Shown here in pieces: positions 47,800 to 58,229 of a stretch of DNA of 64,000 bases. Origin of the DNA: Candidatus Velesiimonas alkalicola. Its GTDB lineage: Bacteria > Omnitrophota > Gorgyraeia > Velesiimonadales > Velesiimonadaceae. Each line of letters opens with the position of its first letter. The first letter of the stretch is position 1. Position numbers and translations under genes: made by a program. The stretch lies in contig NDHX01000003.1 of NCBI GenBank assembly GCA_013626165.1, forward strand, positions 115 to 64,114, in the 5' to 3' direction. The notes beneath the pieces were generated by a model that was given only the letters and a program-made list of their open reading frames with translations, was not told the DNA's origin and did not search any database.

Positions 47800-48888
47800 T
47801 TATCTTAGTTTTAATGTGGCAAGCGCAAGAAGTGAAAATACACCGGCCAATATCCAGAACCTGACCATAATCTTGGGCTCTTTGGCCCCCGATAATTCAA
47901 AATGGTGATGTATGGGAGACATAAGAAATACTCTTTTCTTTCTTATCTTACAGGATACCACCTGAACAACAACAGACAGGACCTCCATAAAAAAAACACC
48001 GCCTGCAATAAGAAGAACTATCTCTTTTTTCAATATAAGAGCAAGAATTGCAAATAAACCGCCGATTGCAAGTGAACCTGTATCGCCCATAAATACCTGT
48101 GCGGGGTATGTATTAAACCATAGAAATCCTAACATTGTTCCTGCTATGGCTACACAGAATACCGTAAGCTCACCTGAACCGGGTATATAATTAAAAATAA
48201 GGTAATCACTTATCACCCTGTGTCCTACAACATAAGAAAACACCGCATATGTAAGTGCAAGTATCACGGTACAACCTGATGCAAGCCCATCAATACCGTC
48301 TGTTATATTTACAGCATTTGATGCCACTGTAATAAGAAGTATAGCAAATGGTATATATAAAAAACCTATATCTATAATAAGATCTTTGAAGAAGGGTATC
48401 TCTATACCTGAAGAAACCATAGGGTCCAGATAAAGAATACAACCTATGATTAAGCCTAAAACCGCCTGTCCATAAATTTTGGCTCTAGCACTTAAACCTT
48501 TTTTTCCGTTGTTTTTCAATTTCAGACGATCATCAAGTATGCCTATAAAACCAAGCCACAGTGTACTTAAAACCACAACAATAATATATGGATTTAATAT
48601 ATCCGCCCACAGTAGTGTTGTAGCAAGTATTGCAGGGACAATTATTATGCCACCCATTGTAGGTATGCCCTGTTTATGTTTATGGAGTTGATGAAGTCCC
48701 GGGGCATCTTGTTCTGTCCTTATATTTTCTTTTAAGCGCATCTTCTCAAGAAATCTTATCCATCTTTTCCCCGTAAGAAGACAGAATAAAAATGCAAATA
48801 CACCTGCCATAAATGCTCTGAAAGTAATATACCTGAATATATTAAAACCGAAGAATATGTCTTTTAATTCCCAGAGGTAATAAAACAT
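47800..48888 (-). CDS. mraY: Phospho-N-acetylmuramoyl-pentapeptide transferase
   Basis: 362 aa. Confidence 0.9.
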   Translation of the reverse strand: MFYYLWELKDIFFGFNIFRYITFRAFMAGVFAFLFCLLTGKRWIRFLEKMRLKENIRTEQDAPGLHQLHKHKQGIPTMGGIIIVPAILATTLLWADILNPYIIVVVLSTLWLGFIGILDDRLKLKNNGKKGLSARAKIYGQAVLGLIIGCILYLDPMVSSGIEIPFFKDLIIDIGFLYIPFAILLITVASNAVNITDGIDGLASGCTVILALTYAVFSYVVGHRVISDYLIFNYIPGSGELTVFCVAIAGTMLGFLWFNTYPAQVFMGDTGSLAIGGLFAILALILKKEIVLLIAGGVFFMEVLSVVVQVVSCKIRKKRVFLMSPIHHHFELSGAKEPKIMVRFWILAGVFSLLALATLKLR

Positions 48889-50258
48889 TTAAGTATCCTT
48901 TCCATCCGTATAGTTCTTGAACCCTTTATAAGCACACAGTCGCCGGGTTTTATAATCTCGGACAATATTTTTGATGTAGAACTTATATCATCAACACAAA
49001 ATATTTTTTTAAAAGGTATCCCATCCTTTGCTGACTGAGCAATAAATTTAGCCGCCTTACCAACTGTTATAAGAAAATCTATATCTTGTTTTGCAATTCT
49101 TCTGCCTACATTTATATGAAAAGATTTTGAAAACCTTCCAAGTTCTTTCATATCTCCGAGAATTATTATTCTTCTACCTTTGCATTCTTTTTGCTTAAAA
49201 ACCTCAATAGCGACGTGGACCGCATCCGGATTTGAGTTATAACAGTCCATGAGAAAATTAACACCTCTTATATTTTCCCACTTGAGTCTAAGAGGAAGAG
49301 GCGCCATATCAGATACCGAAGAACAGAACACCTTTTCTTCTATGCCAAGCAAAGAGGAAACAGCAGCAGCGGCACAGGCATTCAGCACATTGTGCCGCCC
49401 ACACAATTTAAGACTTACATCATATTTCCCGTTTAACTTAAAATCTATTTTTTCCGATGATTCTGTTATATCGGATGGATAAAAATCAGACAGTGAATTT
49501 TCTCCAAATGTTTTAAAATTTATATTCAATAACCTTGCAAGTTTTATAACACCATCTTCACAAAAAGGCAGAACAGCAGATGCGCCAGCAGAAAGGGATT
49601 CCAGGAGACTTGATTTTTCTTTTCTTACATTATAAACCGAACCAAAAAAACCGATATGTGCTTTTCCTATGTTTGTAAGAACAGCTATGGTGGGCTTGCA
49701 GATACCTGTAAGATACCTGGTCTCGCCCGGACGATTTATACCAAGCTCAAGAACAACATTTTTGTAAGAAGGCGTTAAGCCAAGAAGTGTAAGCGGAAGC
49801 CCTATATCATTATTACAGGTACCTGGTGTTTTAAGAACAGGCCCTGAATATTCAAGGCACCTTGCAGACATTTCTTTTGTTGTTGTTTTACCGCAACTTC
49901 CTGTTATTGCTACAACCGGTACAGTGAACCTTTCCCTGTGAAATCTTGCAAGCATCCCGAGTGCTTTTCTGGTATCATCTGTTTTTATTAAAGCACAAGG
50001 GGCCTGGACAGAAACATCACGGCATACTATTGCTCCTGTGCATCCTGAGGATACAGCATCCCGCACAAAGATATGCCCATCAAAATTATTGCCTTTTATC
50101 GCAATAAATAAAGAGCCGGGCTTGCACATCCTGCTGTCAATCAATACACCGTTAAATAATATATTTCTTTCACAGGGATGAATAAGAATCCCCCCTGTTG
50201 CTTCTAAAACATCTTCAAGAGAAAAACAAACATCCGAATAGTTTATAGAATCTTCCAT
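48864..50258 (-). CDS. murF: UDP-N-acetylmuramoyl-tripeptide--D-alanyl-D-alanine ligase
   Basis: 464 aa Mur ligase. Confidence 0.85.
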   Translation of the reverse strand: MEDSINYSDVCFSLEDVLEATGGILIHPCERNILFNGVLIDSRMCKPGSLFIAIKGNNFDGHIFVRDAVSSGCTGAIVCRDVSVQAPCALIKTDDTRKALGMLARFHRERFTVPVVAITGSCGKTTTKEMSARCLEYSGPVLKTPGTCNNDIGLPLTLLGLTPSYKNVVLELGINRPGETRYLTGICKPTIAVLTNIGKAHIGFFGSVYNVRKEKSSLLESLSAGASAVLPFCEDGVIKLARLLNINFKTFGENSLSDFYPSDITESSEKIDFKLNGKYDVSLKLCGRHNVLNACAAAAVSSLLGIEEKVFCSSVSDMAPLPLRLKWENIRGVNFLMDCYNSNPDAVHVAIEVFKQKECKGRRIIILGDMKELGRFSKSFHINVGRRIAKQDIDFLITVGKAAKFIAQSAKDGIPFKKIFCVDDISSTSKILSEIIKPGDCVLIKGSRTIRMERILKCFITSGN

Positions 50259-50410
50259 GGTATTAACAGGTTAAGGTTTCAGGGTTTCAGGGTTTTAGGG
50301 TTTCAAGGATTCTACTACGATTTAATCTTGATGTTTTACCCTTGATACCTCGATCCCTTAATGCCTTGACGCCTAAATATTAAATTAAACTATAACCATA
50401 CTTAAAGATA

Positions 50411-51856
50411 TTACTTATTGACTATATTTCCCGCCTCTTCCCTGTCATCAAAAGGGACTACTGTATCTTTAAGTGTCTGATAGGTTTCATGCCCTTTGCC
50501 CGCTATAAGAACAATATCTCCCTGTTTTGCGTTTTGTATTGCAGTTCTTATTGCCTCTTTTCTGTCTACAATAATATTATAATCTACGCTGTGATTGAGC
50601 CCTGCTTCAATATCCTTACATATGTCCAGAGCATTCTCTGTCCTCGGATTATCACTTGTAATGATTACATAATCTGCGCCTTCACCTGCAGTCTTGCCCA
50701 TCTTCGGTCTTTTGGTCTTGTCTCTATCTCCGCCGGCACCAAATACAACAATAATTCTTCCATCTTTTTTTATATCCTTTAATGTTTGAAGCACATTTTT
50801 CAAAGCATCATCTGTGTGCGCATAGTCAACATATATCATTATGCCTTTATTATTTTCTACTGGTTCCATTCTTCCCGGAATTCCTTTTAATGCTTTTATG
50901 CCCTCTTCTATGTTTTCTTTTTTAACACCTTCACATATTGCAGCCCCTATGCAACCCATTATATTATAAACATTGTATCTGCCAATGATATTAGATTCAA
51001 TTCTTAACAACCCCACAGGTGTGTTTATACTTCCATACATACCACTTTTTAAAATTTTTATATCCACAGGATATATCTGTGCATTGTTCCCAAATCCATA
51101 TGTCATGATACTTACCTTTGTTCTTTGTGACAGAATATTAAAACTGTTGTCATCAATATTTAAAACCGCATATGAATTATTTGAAAGCATTTCAAATAGT
51201 TTCGACTCGGCATCTAAATAAGAATTCATATCCTTATGATAATCAAGATGTTCCGGTGTAAGATTTGTAAATACCGCACACCTAAAGTTTATACCATCCA
51301 CACGCCCCTGGTCAAGAGAATGAGAAGAAACCTCCATACAACAATACTTGCAATCTTGGTCCCTGATTGAAGCAAGGAGCGCCTGTAATTCAACAGGACC
51401 GGGCGTAGTATTTGTTGCGGGAATTGAACGGCCTTTAAACCTATAACTTATGGTACCTATCACACCAACAGAAAATCCCTGCGTCTTAAGAACTGATTCT
51501 AAAAGATATGTTGTTGTTGTTTTCCCGTTTGTTCCTGTTACACCTATTACCCTTAAAGATTCTGAGGGATTAAAATAAAATGTCTTTAAAATACTTATCA
51601 ACGATTTATGACTGTCCTTAACCTGAACATAAGAAACACCGTTATTAACTTTTTCCTCACACACTACAACAACTGCACCCCTGTGCACAGCATCTTTTAT
51701 AAACCTGTGCCCATCGGTATGGACACCCTTTACTGCAACAAAACAATACCCTTCCCTTACAAGTCTTGAATCACTTACTATGCCTTTAATATCTATACTG
51801 CTGTTGCAATTTTTGAATATAACACTTATATTTTTCAAAAGATTTTGCAGTTCCAT
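50411..51856 (-). CDS. murE: UDP-N-acetylmuramoyl-L-alanyl-D-glutamate--2,6-diaminopimelate ligase
   Basis: 481 aa Mur ligase. GVTGTNGKTTT. Confidence 0.85.
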   Translation of the reverse strand: MELQNLLKNISVIFKNCNSSIDIKGIVSDSRLVREGYCFVAVKGVHTDGHRFIKDAVHRGAVVVVCEEKVNNGVSYVQVKDSHKSLISILKTFYFNPSESLRVIGVTGTNGKTTTTYLLESVLKTQGFSVGVIGTISYRFKGRSIPATNTTPGPVELQALLASIRDQDCKYCCMEVSSHSLDQGRVDGINFRCAVFTNLTPEHLDYHKDMNSYLDAESKLFEMLSNNSYAVLNIDDNSFNILSQRTKVSIMTYGFGNNAQIYPVDIKILKSGMYGSINTPVGLLRIESNIIGRYNVYNIMGCIGAAICEGVKKENIEEGIKALKGIPGRMEPVENNKGIMIYVDYAHTDDALKNVLQTLKDIKKDGRIIVVFGAGGDRDKTKRPKMGKTAGEGADYVIITSDNPRTENALDICKDIEAGLNHSVDYNIIVDRKEAIRTAIQNAKQGDIVLIAGKGHETYQTLKDTVVPFDDREEAGNIVNK

Positions 51857-51950
51857 ACATTCTCCTTATCTAATCCTGCCTTGTCTCTGCCTGTCTTTTA
51901 AGATAAAGGTCCCAACAAGACAGGGCTCCTAAGTTGCACAACAGGCAAAT

Positions 51951-53675
51951 CTACCGCAAGGCACGAGAACGCAATTGTGCTATTGTTGTAGATGTTTCTT
52001 GTAAGGATTCGTCCACCATGTAGGCTAAAATTTTCTGGCAAACCTCTTTAAATACAGGGGCTGCAACAACACTGCCGAAGGGCGAGGTTTGTGGTTCATC
52101 AATGACAACAACCCCGGCTATAGATATATCGTCTGTTTTTACATATCCGACAAATGACGCAATAAATTTATCAGCAGAATATCTACCGTCAGCACCTATC
52201 TTCTGTGCTGTTCCTGTTTTTCCGGCCACCAAAACCCCGGGTATTTTTGCACGAAAACCAGTCCCTCTTTCAACAACCCCTGTAAGTATCTCCTCCATTA
52301 GACCTGCTGTCCGTTCTGATATAACTCTCCTGGCGGGCAATCTTTTAGGCATCCACCGAACACCACCGTCATTAGACTGAAAATAATCTGTAATGTAGGG
52401 TTGAACCCAGTATCCGCCATTTGCAATAGTAGATATCATACTATATAACTGTATACCCGTAACACCTACTTCCTGCCCCATAGGTATACACCATTCTGAT
52501 GTTTTACTCCATTTAGAAACAGGTCTTATAAGACCCCTTACCTCACCCGGCATATCAATGCCTGTTTTTTTCCCAAATCCAAAACCATCTATATATTTAT
52601 ATAGTTTATCAGGACCCAGCATCATAGCAATTTTTGCTGTCCCTATGTTTGAAGATTGTTCAATTACTTCTTTAAATGTCAACCAACCAAAAGGTTTGTG
52701 GTCGCGAAGTCTAAACCTTCCGATGTTGTAAATTCCCTGTTCACAATAAAACCTATCCTGTAGTTCAACTATTTCCTCTTCTATTGCAGCCGATGCTGTT
52801 ACAACTTTAAATGAAGAACCAGGCTCAAAGATATCTGTTACAGGAAAATTTCTTTTTGATTCCGCAGATAATGAAAAGGGAGTATTTGGATCAAATGATG
52901 GGTAACGAACAAATGTTATAATTTCACCTGTTTTTGGAAAACCCGTTATAATAAATCCTCTTTTAGCGCCTGTCTGTAGCACAGCCTTTTTTAAGGCTTC
53001 ATATGCTATATTCTGATATATTGCATCAAGCGATAAAACCACTTCCAAACCGTTTTTAACATCAATATTTTTATCAGGAAGAGCCTTAAATCTTCTTCCT
53101 CTTGCATCAACAGAATAATATTCAAAACCCCTGCTCCCAGAAAGAAGGCTATCCCAGTGTTTTTCTAACCCCTCAATGCCTTTGTTATCAATATCAGAGT
53201 ATCCAACAATACTAAAAAGTTCAGAAGTAGGATATACCCTTTTTCTTTCTTCACGCACACCAAGCCCTTCAATTTTCAACGCCCTTATAGAATCCCCTGT
53301 TTGTGTATCTGTTTTTCTTTTAATCCAAACAAAATTTTTGTCCGATGTGATTCTTGATTTTAACACATCCTCTTTTATATCTAATTTTTCTGAAAGAATG
53401 CGGGATACTTTTTTTACATCTGATATTTTTTTAGGATGAACATACACGGATGTGGTAAGAATTGAGGTTGCAATCTTCCTGCCTCTGCGGTCAAGAATAT
53501 CTCCTCTGTGGGGTTCAACGCGTACTCTAGAAGTATGCTGAGATGCAGCAAGATTTTTATAAAATTTATTTTGAAATACTTGCAGATAAAATATTCTGAC
53601 ACCCAATATAAAAAATATAAAGATGCAAGAAAAAAATACAATAATAGATCTTGATTTATGCTGTTGGTTATACAT
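51951..53675 (-). CDS. ftsI: Peptidoglycan D,D-transpeptidase FtsI (PBP3)
   Basis: 574 aa. N-terminal TM, PBP dimerisation and transpeptidase domains. Confidence 0.85.
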   Translation of the reverse strand: MYNQQHKSRSIIVFFSCIFIFFILGVRIFYLQVFQNKFYKNLAASQHTSRVRVEPHRGDILDRRGRKIATSILTTSVYVHPKKISDVKKVSRILSEKLDIKEDVLKSRITSDKNFVWIKRKTDTQTGDSIRALKIEGLGVREERKRVYPTSELFSIVGYSDIDNKGIEGLEKHWDSLLSGSRGFEYYSVDARGRRFKALPDKNIDVKNGLEVVLSLDAIYQNIAYEALKKAVLQTGAKRGFIITGFPKTGEIITFVRYPSFDPNTPFSLSAESKRNFPVTDIFEPGSSFKVVTASAAIEEEIVELQDRFYCEQGIYNIGRFRLRDHKPFGWLTFKEVIEQSSNIGTAKIAMMLGPDKLYKYIDGFGFGKKTGIDMPGEVRGLIRPVSKWSKTSEWCIPMGQEVGVTGIQLYSMISTIANGGYWVQPYITDYFQSNDGGVRWMPKRLPARRVISERTAGLMEEILTGVVERGTGFRAKIPGVLVAGKTGTAQKIGADGRYSADKFIASFVGYVKTDDISIAGVVVIDEPQTSPFGSVVAAPVFKEVCQKILAYMVDESLQETSTTIAQLRSRALR

Positions 53676-53872
53676 ATCTGCTTTCTTCTTCGCGCAGGCG
53701 AGCCTATCTGCTGAAAGGCTTAAAGGGTTATTGGCAAAATGAATTGAGCGGTCTAATTTTGCTATAATCCCCGATGTTAAATGATAAATGTCAAAGAGAA
53801 AACCAGGTGCTCATTTTCATCTTGCATATAGTCCTTCCCCTGCTCTTTTTTGGAAAGGCAGGGTTCATTCCC

Positions 53873-54235
53873 TTATCTTCTATCTTGTGCTTGTGTTTGT
53901 GGAAATATAAAACTATATACCTTGTTAAATATTGTTTTTTCTTCCGCCATTTGCCGTGTAGAACTTACAGGTATGTAAAAAGTATTGGTATTGTCACTTA
54001 AAACATAATTTTCCTTATCCTTCCCTAAAATGTTTGACAGAACAATTGGAGACCGCATTGTTTCTTTTATATAATCAAGATGTCTCCTTTCGTTAGAAAG
54101 AATTATGTTTTCCTGTAATATTTTTTTCTCCCTGTAACCATTAACAATAATCTGTGTTCTTTGATGGACATAAATAAGAGAAACACAGGTGATAAACAAA
54201 ACAAAAAACAAAAGCCTTCCCTTTTTCATAATCAC
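53873..54235 (-). CDS. ftsL: Cell division protein FtsL-like (small bitopic protein between rsmH and ftsI)
   Basis: 120 aa with a single TM. Assigned from position in the dcw cluster. Confidence 0.6.
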   Translation of the reverse strand: MIMKKGRLLFFVLFITCVSLIYVHQRTQIIVNGYREKKILQENIILSNERRHLDYIKETMRSPIVLSNILGKDKENYVLSDNTNTFYIPVSSTRQMAEEKTIFNKVYSFIFPQTQAQDRR

Positions 54236-55128
54236 CTCTTTTCTGCCGCTCTTAATATTGAGCTTCTTGCTCTGGGATTTACCCTTGTTTCTTCAAGAGA
54301 CGGTCTTATGGGTTTTGTAGTTAAGATATTTATAATTCCCTGTTTTTCATATTTTTTGAAAGTCCGTTTAACAATTCTGTCCTCTAATGAATGAAAAGAT
54401 ATGACACAGATCCTTCCGCATCTTGCCAGGACTTGAATTGCCTTGGGAAGAGATTTTTCAAGTGTGCTGAGTTCTTCATTTACGGCAATCCTGAGTGCCT
54501 GAAATGTTCTTGTCGCAGGATGTATCTTTCCCCTTTTTTTAATCACACTAAGAATAATATTTGATAACTCAAAAGTCGTTTTTATCGGATGTTTTTTTCT
54601 CTTCTCAATAATCCCGGAAGCAACCTTCCTTGAAAATCTCTCGCCGCCGTAATTGAATAAAACATCTGCAATTTCATCTTTTGTCCATCTATTCACAATT
54701 GTATATGCAGACAAATCCTGCTCTTTATCCATCCTCATATCAAGAGGACCGTCCACGGAAAAACTAAATCCTCTCCGGGCACTGTCAATTTGAAAAGATG
54801 AAACTCCCAAATCAAAAAGCATTCCGTCAAAACTTTTTATCTTTCCTGTCAAAGGCAAACTATGAAGCGTATCTAATATAGAATCAATACCTACAAAGTC
54901 CTTTTTAAAAAGAAAAAAATGCCCCTCAAACTCTTTAAGATTTTGTCCGGCAATGCGTAAAATATCTTCATCCTTATCAATGCCTATCAGTATCCCGTCA
55001 GGCATTATCCTTTGAAGAATTTCTTTTGAATGCCCACCGGCACCAACAGTGCAATCAAGCATAAAAAAACCGTTCCTGGGCTTAAGGTAATCCAGAACCT
55101 CTTTTAACAGGACAGGAATATGGACCAT
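54232..55128 (-). CDS. rsmH: 16S rRNA (cytosine1402-N4)-methyltransferase
   Basis: 298 aa MraW. Confidence 0.9.
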   Translation of the reverse strand: MVHIPVLLKEVLDYLKPRNGFFMLDCTVGAGGHSKEILQRIMPDGILIGIDKDEDILRIAGQNLKEFEGHFFLFKKDFVGIDSILDTLHSLPLTGKIKSFDGMLFDLGVSSFQIDSARRGFSFSVDGPLDMRMDKEQDLSAYTIVNRWTKDEIADVLFNYGGERFSRKVASGIIEKRKKHPIKTTFELSNIILSVIKKRGKIHPATRTFQALRIAVNEELSTLEKSLPKAIQVLARCGRICVISFHSLEDRIVKRTFKKYEKQGIINILTTKPIRPSLEETRVNPRARSSILRAAEKR

Positions 55129-55143
55129 ATTAGTCTGTGTCTT

Positions 55144-55572
55144 TTATAATCTTTCTGCAATCTCTTCAAAACTATCTTCCGATTCTTTTTTAAACACTTC
55201 CCACTTTTTAGGATCCCAGATTTCAAAATAATGTGAAACCCCTATAATCTTTGCATCATTTTTAAGTTCTGCATATTTTTTCAAATAATCAGGTATCAAT
55301 ATCCTTCCCTGAGAATCCATTTCTGTTTCAGATACCCCACTAAAGAATAACCTCTGAAACCTTCTTGCATCCTTTCTTTGAAATGGCATTGACTTTAACC
55401 TTTCCTCTTCTTTTCTCCACCCTGATTCTGCAAATCCCATAAGACATCCTTCAAGCCCTCTTGTTATAAAAAATTTTGAAGATACCTCTTCCTGCAAAAC
55501 ACGTTTAAATTTTGAAGGAACAAACAGCCGTCCTTTGTTATCTATCTTATAATTGTATTCGCCGTAAAACAC
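55144..55572 (-). CDS. mraZ: Transcriptional regulator MraZ (probable GTG start giving MFYGEYNYKIDNKGRLFVP)
   Basis: The N-terminus matches the MraZ consensus (B. subtilis MFMGEYQHTIDAKGR). The ORF track carries a 33-aa upstream extension that translates the operator repeats. Confidence 0.75.
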   Translation of the reverse strand: MFYGEYNYKIDNKGRLFVPSKFKRVLQEEVSSKFFITRGLEGCLMGFAESGWRKEEERLKSMPFQRKDARRFQRLFFSGVSETEMDSQGRILIPDYLKKYAELKNDAKIIGVSHYFEIWDPKKWEVFKKESEDSFEEIAERL

Positions 55573-55603
55573 TATCCACCACTTTCCACCACTTTCCACC
55601 ACA
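55571..55603 (-). promoter_or_regulatory. Putative MraZ operator. Three direct repeats GTGGTGGAAA / GTGGTGGAAA / GTGGTGGATA with a 10-bp period, abutting the mraZ start.
   Basis: Minus strand ggtggaaagtggtggaaagtggtggatagtg. MraZ is known to bind triplicated TGGGN-type direct repeats with 10-bp spacing. Confidence 0.6.
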
Positions 55604-55741
55604 AATCTACCATATAAAATAAACCCTGTCAAGTATTTTTTTTGAAATTTTTTTTTCAATAAAAAGGACAAGATAAAAAGGCAAAAAAGACTGTCTGTTT
55701 TGGATAGGACATGATGCTTGTTGTAGGGAGTGCTGTTGAGT

Positions 55742-56881
55742 TTAATTGATGAGAGAGATTATTTTTTGCAGATCTTGTTTTTTATGATGGTATGTTATTG
55801 AAAATCTTATTCTGGATGTGCCTTCAGGCACAGTGGGAGGCCTTACTGAGAAAACCCAGAATCCATTTTCCAGAAGCAATGATGCTGTTTTTTGTGTATT
55901 AGTATTATCACCTGTAATCAAAGGAACAATCTGTGAATTTCCGATAATTTTATAACCTTTTGTTTTTAAAGACTCTCTTAAAAAATCGGATAATTCAAGT
56001 ACGGTTTTTCTTCTTTCAGGTTCTTTTTCTATTAAATCCAGTCCCGCAAGATTGCAGGCAGATATAAAGGGAGGAAGAGCGGTTGAATATATAAAACTTC
56101 TGGATGTGTTTATAATGTAACTGGCTATCTTTTTTGATGTTGCAAGATACCCGCCATAACCAGCCAGTGCCTTGCTGAAAGTTCCCATTATTAACTCTAC
56201 ATCAGAACAAAGCCCTTCTTCTTCAATCATACCGGAACCGTTTCTGCCATATATACCTGTTGAATGGGCTTCATCAACCATAAGATAAGAATCATATCTG
56301 TTTTTCAGACCGACAATATTTTTCAAATCTGCCCTGTCCCCATCCATACTAAATATGGTTTCAGTAATTATCATTGAGGTCTTATACTGTTTTCTTTTTT
56401 GTTTAAGAAGACTTTCAAGGTGGTTCGTATCATTATGTCTGAACCTGAACAGTTTTGAACCCGAAAGTATAATCCCGTCAATAATACTTGCATGACAGGC
56501 CTTGTCGGCAAAAACAACATCCTGTGTTGATAACAAAGAACTTAAAATCCCTATGTTTGCCTGATATCCTGTATTAAACACAACGGCGGACTCTTTGCCC
56601 TTGAACCTGGCAACCCTTTCCTCTAGTCTGTGATGAATCTGAAAATCTCCACCTAAAAGTCTTGATGCAGAAGAACAGGTGCCGAACATTGCAACAGCTT
56701 CTCTGACTTTTTCAATAAGATAGGGATGTGAAGACAGACCCAAATAATCATTTGAGGAAAAATCTATAAAAACCCTTTCGTCTGTATATATCTTCCCCTG
56801 TATCTTAAAAGAAAAGGGTCTCAACTCCCTTAAAAGTCCCCTTTCTTTTCTTTCTTCTAAAAACATTTCTATTTTTTTCAT
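55742..56881 (-). CDS. Alpha-oxoamine synthase family PLP enzyme (8-amino-7-oxononanoate synthase / Kbl / serine palmitoyltransferase-like)
   Basis: 379 aa. IDFSSNDYLGLSSHP...GTFSKA. Confidence 0.75.
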   Translation of the reverse strand: MKKIEMFLEERKERGLLRELRPFSFKIQGKIYTDERVFIDFSSNDYLGLSSHPYLIEKVREAVAMFGTCSSASRLLGGDFQIHHRLEERVARFKGKESAVVFNTGYQANIGILSSLLSTQDVVFADKACHASIIDGIILSGSKLFRFRHNDTNHLESLLKQKRKQYKTSMIITETIFSMDGDRADLKNIVGLKNRYDSYLMVDEAHSTGIYGRNGSGMIEEEGLCSDVELIMGTFSKALAGYGGYLATSKKIASYIINTSRSFIYSTALPPFISACNLAGLDLIEKEPERRKTVLELSDFLRESLKTKGYKIIGNSQIVPLITGDNTNTQKTASLLLENGFWVFSVRPPTVPEGTSRIRFSITYHHKKQDLQKIISLIN

Positions 56882-57019
56882 ATGTTTTTAATTATGGTAT
56901 ATTATAACATATGCGACTGTTTAGGTAGATAGACTGATAAGAAGATAGACTTTTAAAATAAACTACAAGGCTATAGAAAAAACCTGCAGCCTAACAGTCT
57001 ACAGCCTGAACAACCCGTT

Positions 57020-58210
57020 ATGGAAAAGACTATATCTATTATAGGTGGCGGAGCATCCGGAATGATTGCTTCAATATTTGCTGCAAAAAGCAATTCAAAA
57101 GTCATTCTATGGGAGAAAAAACAGGATTTAGGAAAGAAAATTCTTGTAACAGGAAACGGTAGATGTAATTTTACAAACAAAGACTTACGTTTATCACACT
57201 TTCATTGTAGGGATAAAAATTTTATAAAGCCGGCCCTTGATGCATTTGATAATAAGGCATCCGTTGATTTTTTTAATTCAATAGGTATTGATTCTTATTG
57301 TGATGAAAAAGGAAGGTTTTTCCCAAAATCAAATCAGGCATCTTCTGTTGTTTTTTGCCTTAAACAAAAAATCAAAGAACTTGGTGTAATAGAAAATACA
57401 GGTTGCGAAATAATAGGAATAAAACCTGTAAAAAACGGATTTAAAATATTTCAAAGAGGATGTTCTCATACCTGTAACAGGGTAATAATAAGTTGCGGCG
57501 GAAAAGCATATGAACAATCCTCCAATACTGATACAGGATATCAGATTGCACAATCACTTGGACACAGAGTAAGCCTATTAAAACCCGGACTTGTTCCAAT
57601 AGAAACCGAAGGAAGCTGGCCTCATACTCTACAGGGAATAAGGCTTGATGTTACGCTAACAATTCCTGAATGCGGACTTAAAATAACGGATGAAATCCTT
57701 TGGACAAAATATGGGATATCGGGTCCTGCTGCACTTTTTTCAAGCAGGTTTGTGAGCAGAAATTCAAATATAAATATTGACTTTCTGCCTTATGAAAATG
57801 ATATTGAAAAGAAACTGAAAAAAAGGATTTTGCTTCTTAAAAATAGAAAAGCATCGGATTTATTTATCGGCTTTCTACCTGATAGACTCGGGAGGTTTCT
57901 TATCTTTGTATCAGGTATTGCTTCTGATTTACCCTGTGAAAAGATTAAGAATAGTGATATGAAAAGACTTATAAAAAACTTAAAAAATTTTGAAATTAAA
58001 ATAAAAGGGCTAAGACCATTTAGAGAAGCGCAAACGACCTGTGGTGGAGTGGATGTATCAGAGGTCAGAGCCGATATAATGCAGTCTAAGATAATACCAA
58101 ATTTATTTTTTTGTGGAGAGATACTGGATGTAGATGCAGATACAGGAGGATATAACCTGCAGTGGGCATGGTCTTCTGGATTTGTTGCAGGAAATTCGGC
58201 GGGTCATTAA
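57020..58210 (+). CDS. HI0933-like flavoprotein (BaiN/aminoacetone oxidase family FAD oxidoreductase)
   Basis: 396 aa. ISIIGGGASGMIASIFAA...GNGRCNFTN. Confidence 0.75.
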   Translation: MEKTISIIGGGASGMIASIFAAKSNSKVILWEKKQDLGKKILVTGNGRCNFTNKDLRLSHFHCRDKNFIKPALDAFDNKASVDFFNSIGIDSYCDEKGRFFPKSNQASSVVFCLKQKIKELGVIENTGCEIIGIKPVKNGFKIFQRGCSHTCNRVIISCGGKAYEQSSNTDTGYQIAQSLGHRVSLLKPGLVPIETEGSWPHTLQGIRLDVTLTIPECGLKITDEILWTKYGISGPAALFSSRFVSRNSNINIDFLPYENDIEKKLKKRILLLKNRKASDLFIGFLPDRLGRFLIFVSGIASDLPCEKIKNSDMKRLIKNLKNFEIKIKGLRPFREAQTTCGGVDVSEVRADIMQSKIIPNLFFCGEILDVDADTGGYNLQWAWSSGFVAGNSAGH

Positions 58211-58229
58211 AAACTATAGAAGGAGGAAC

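Noticed and set aside
56971-57180. 69-aa minus-strand ORF overlapping the start of the plus-strand flavoprotein gene
   Set aside because: It is antisense to a well-supported HI0933-family gene and in a divergent promoter region. No homology features.
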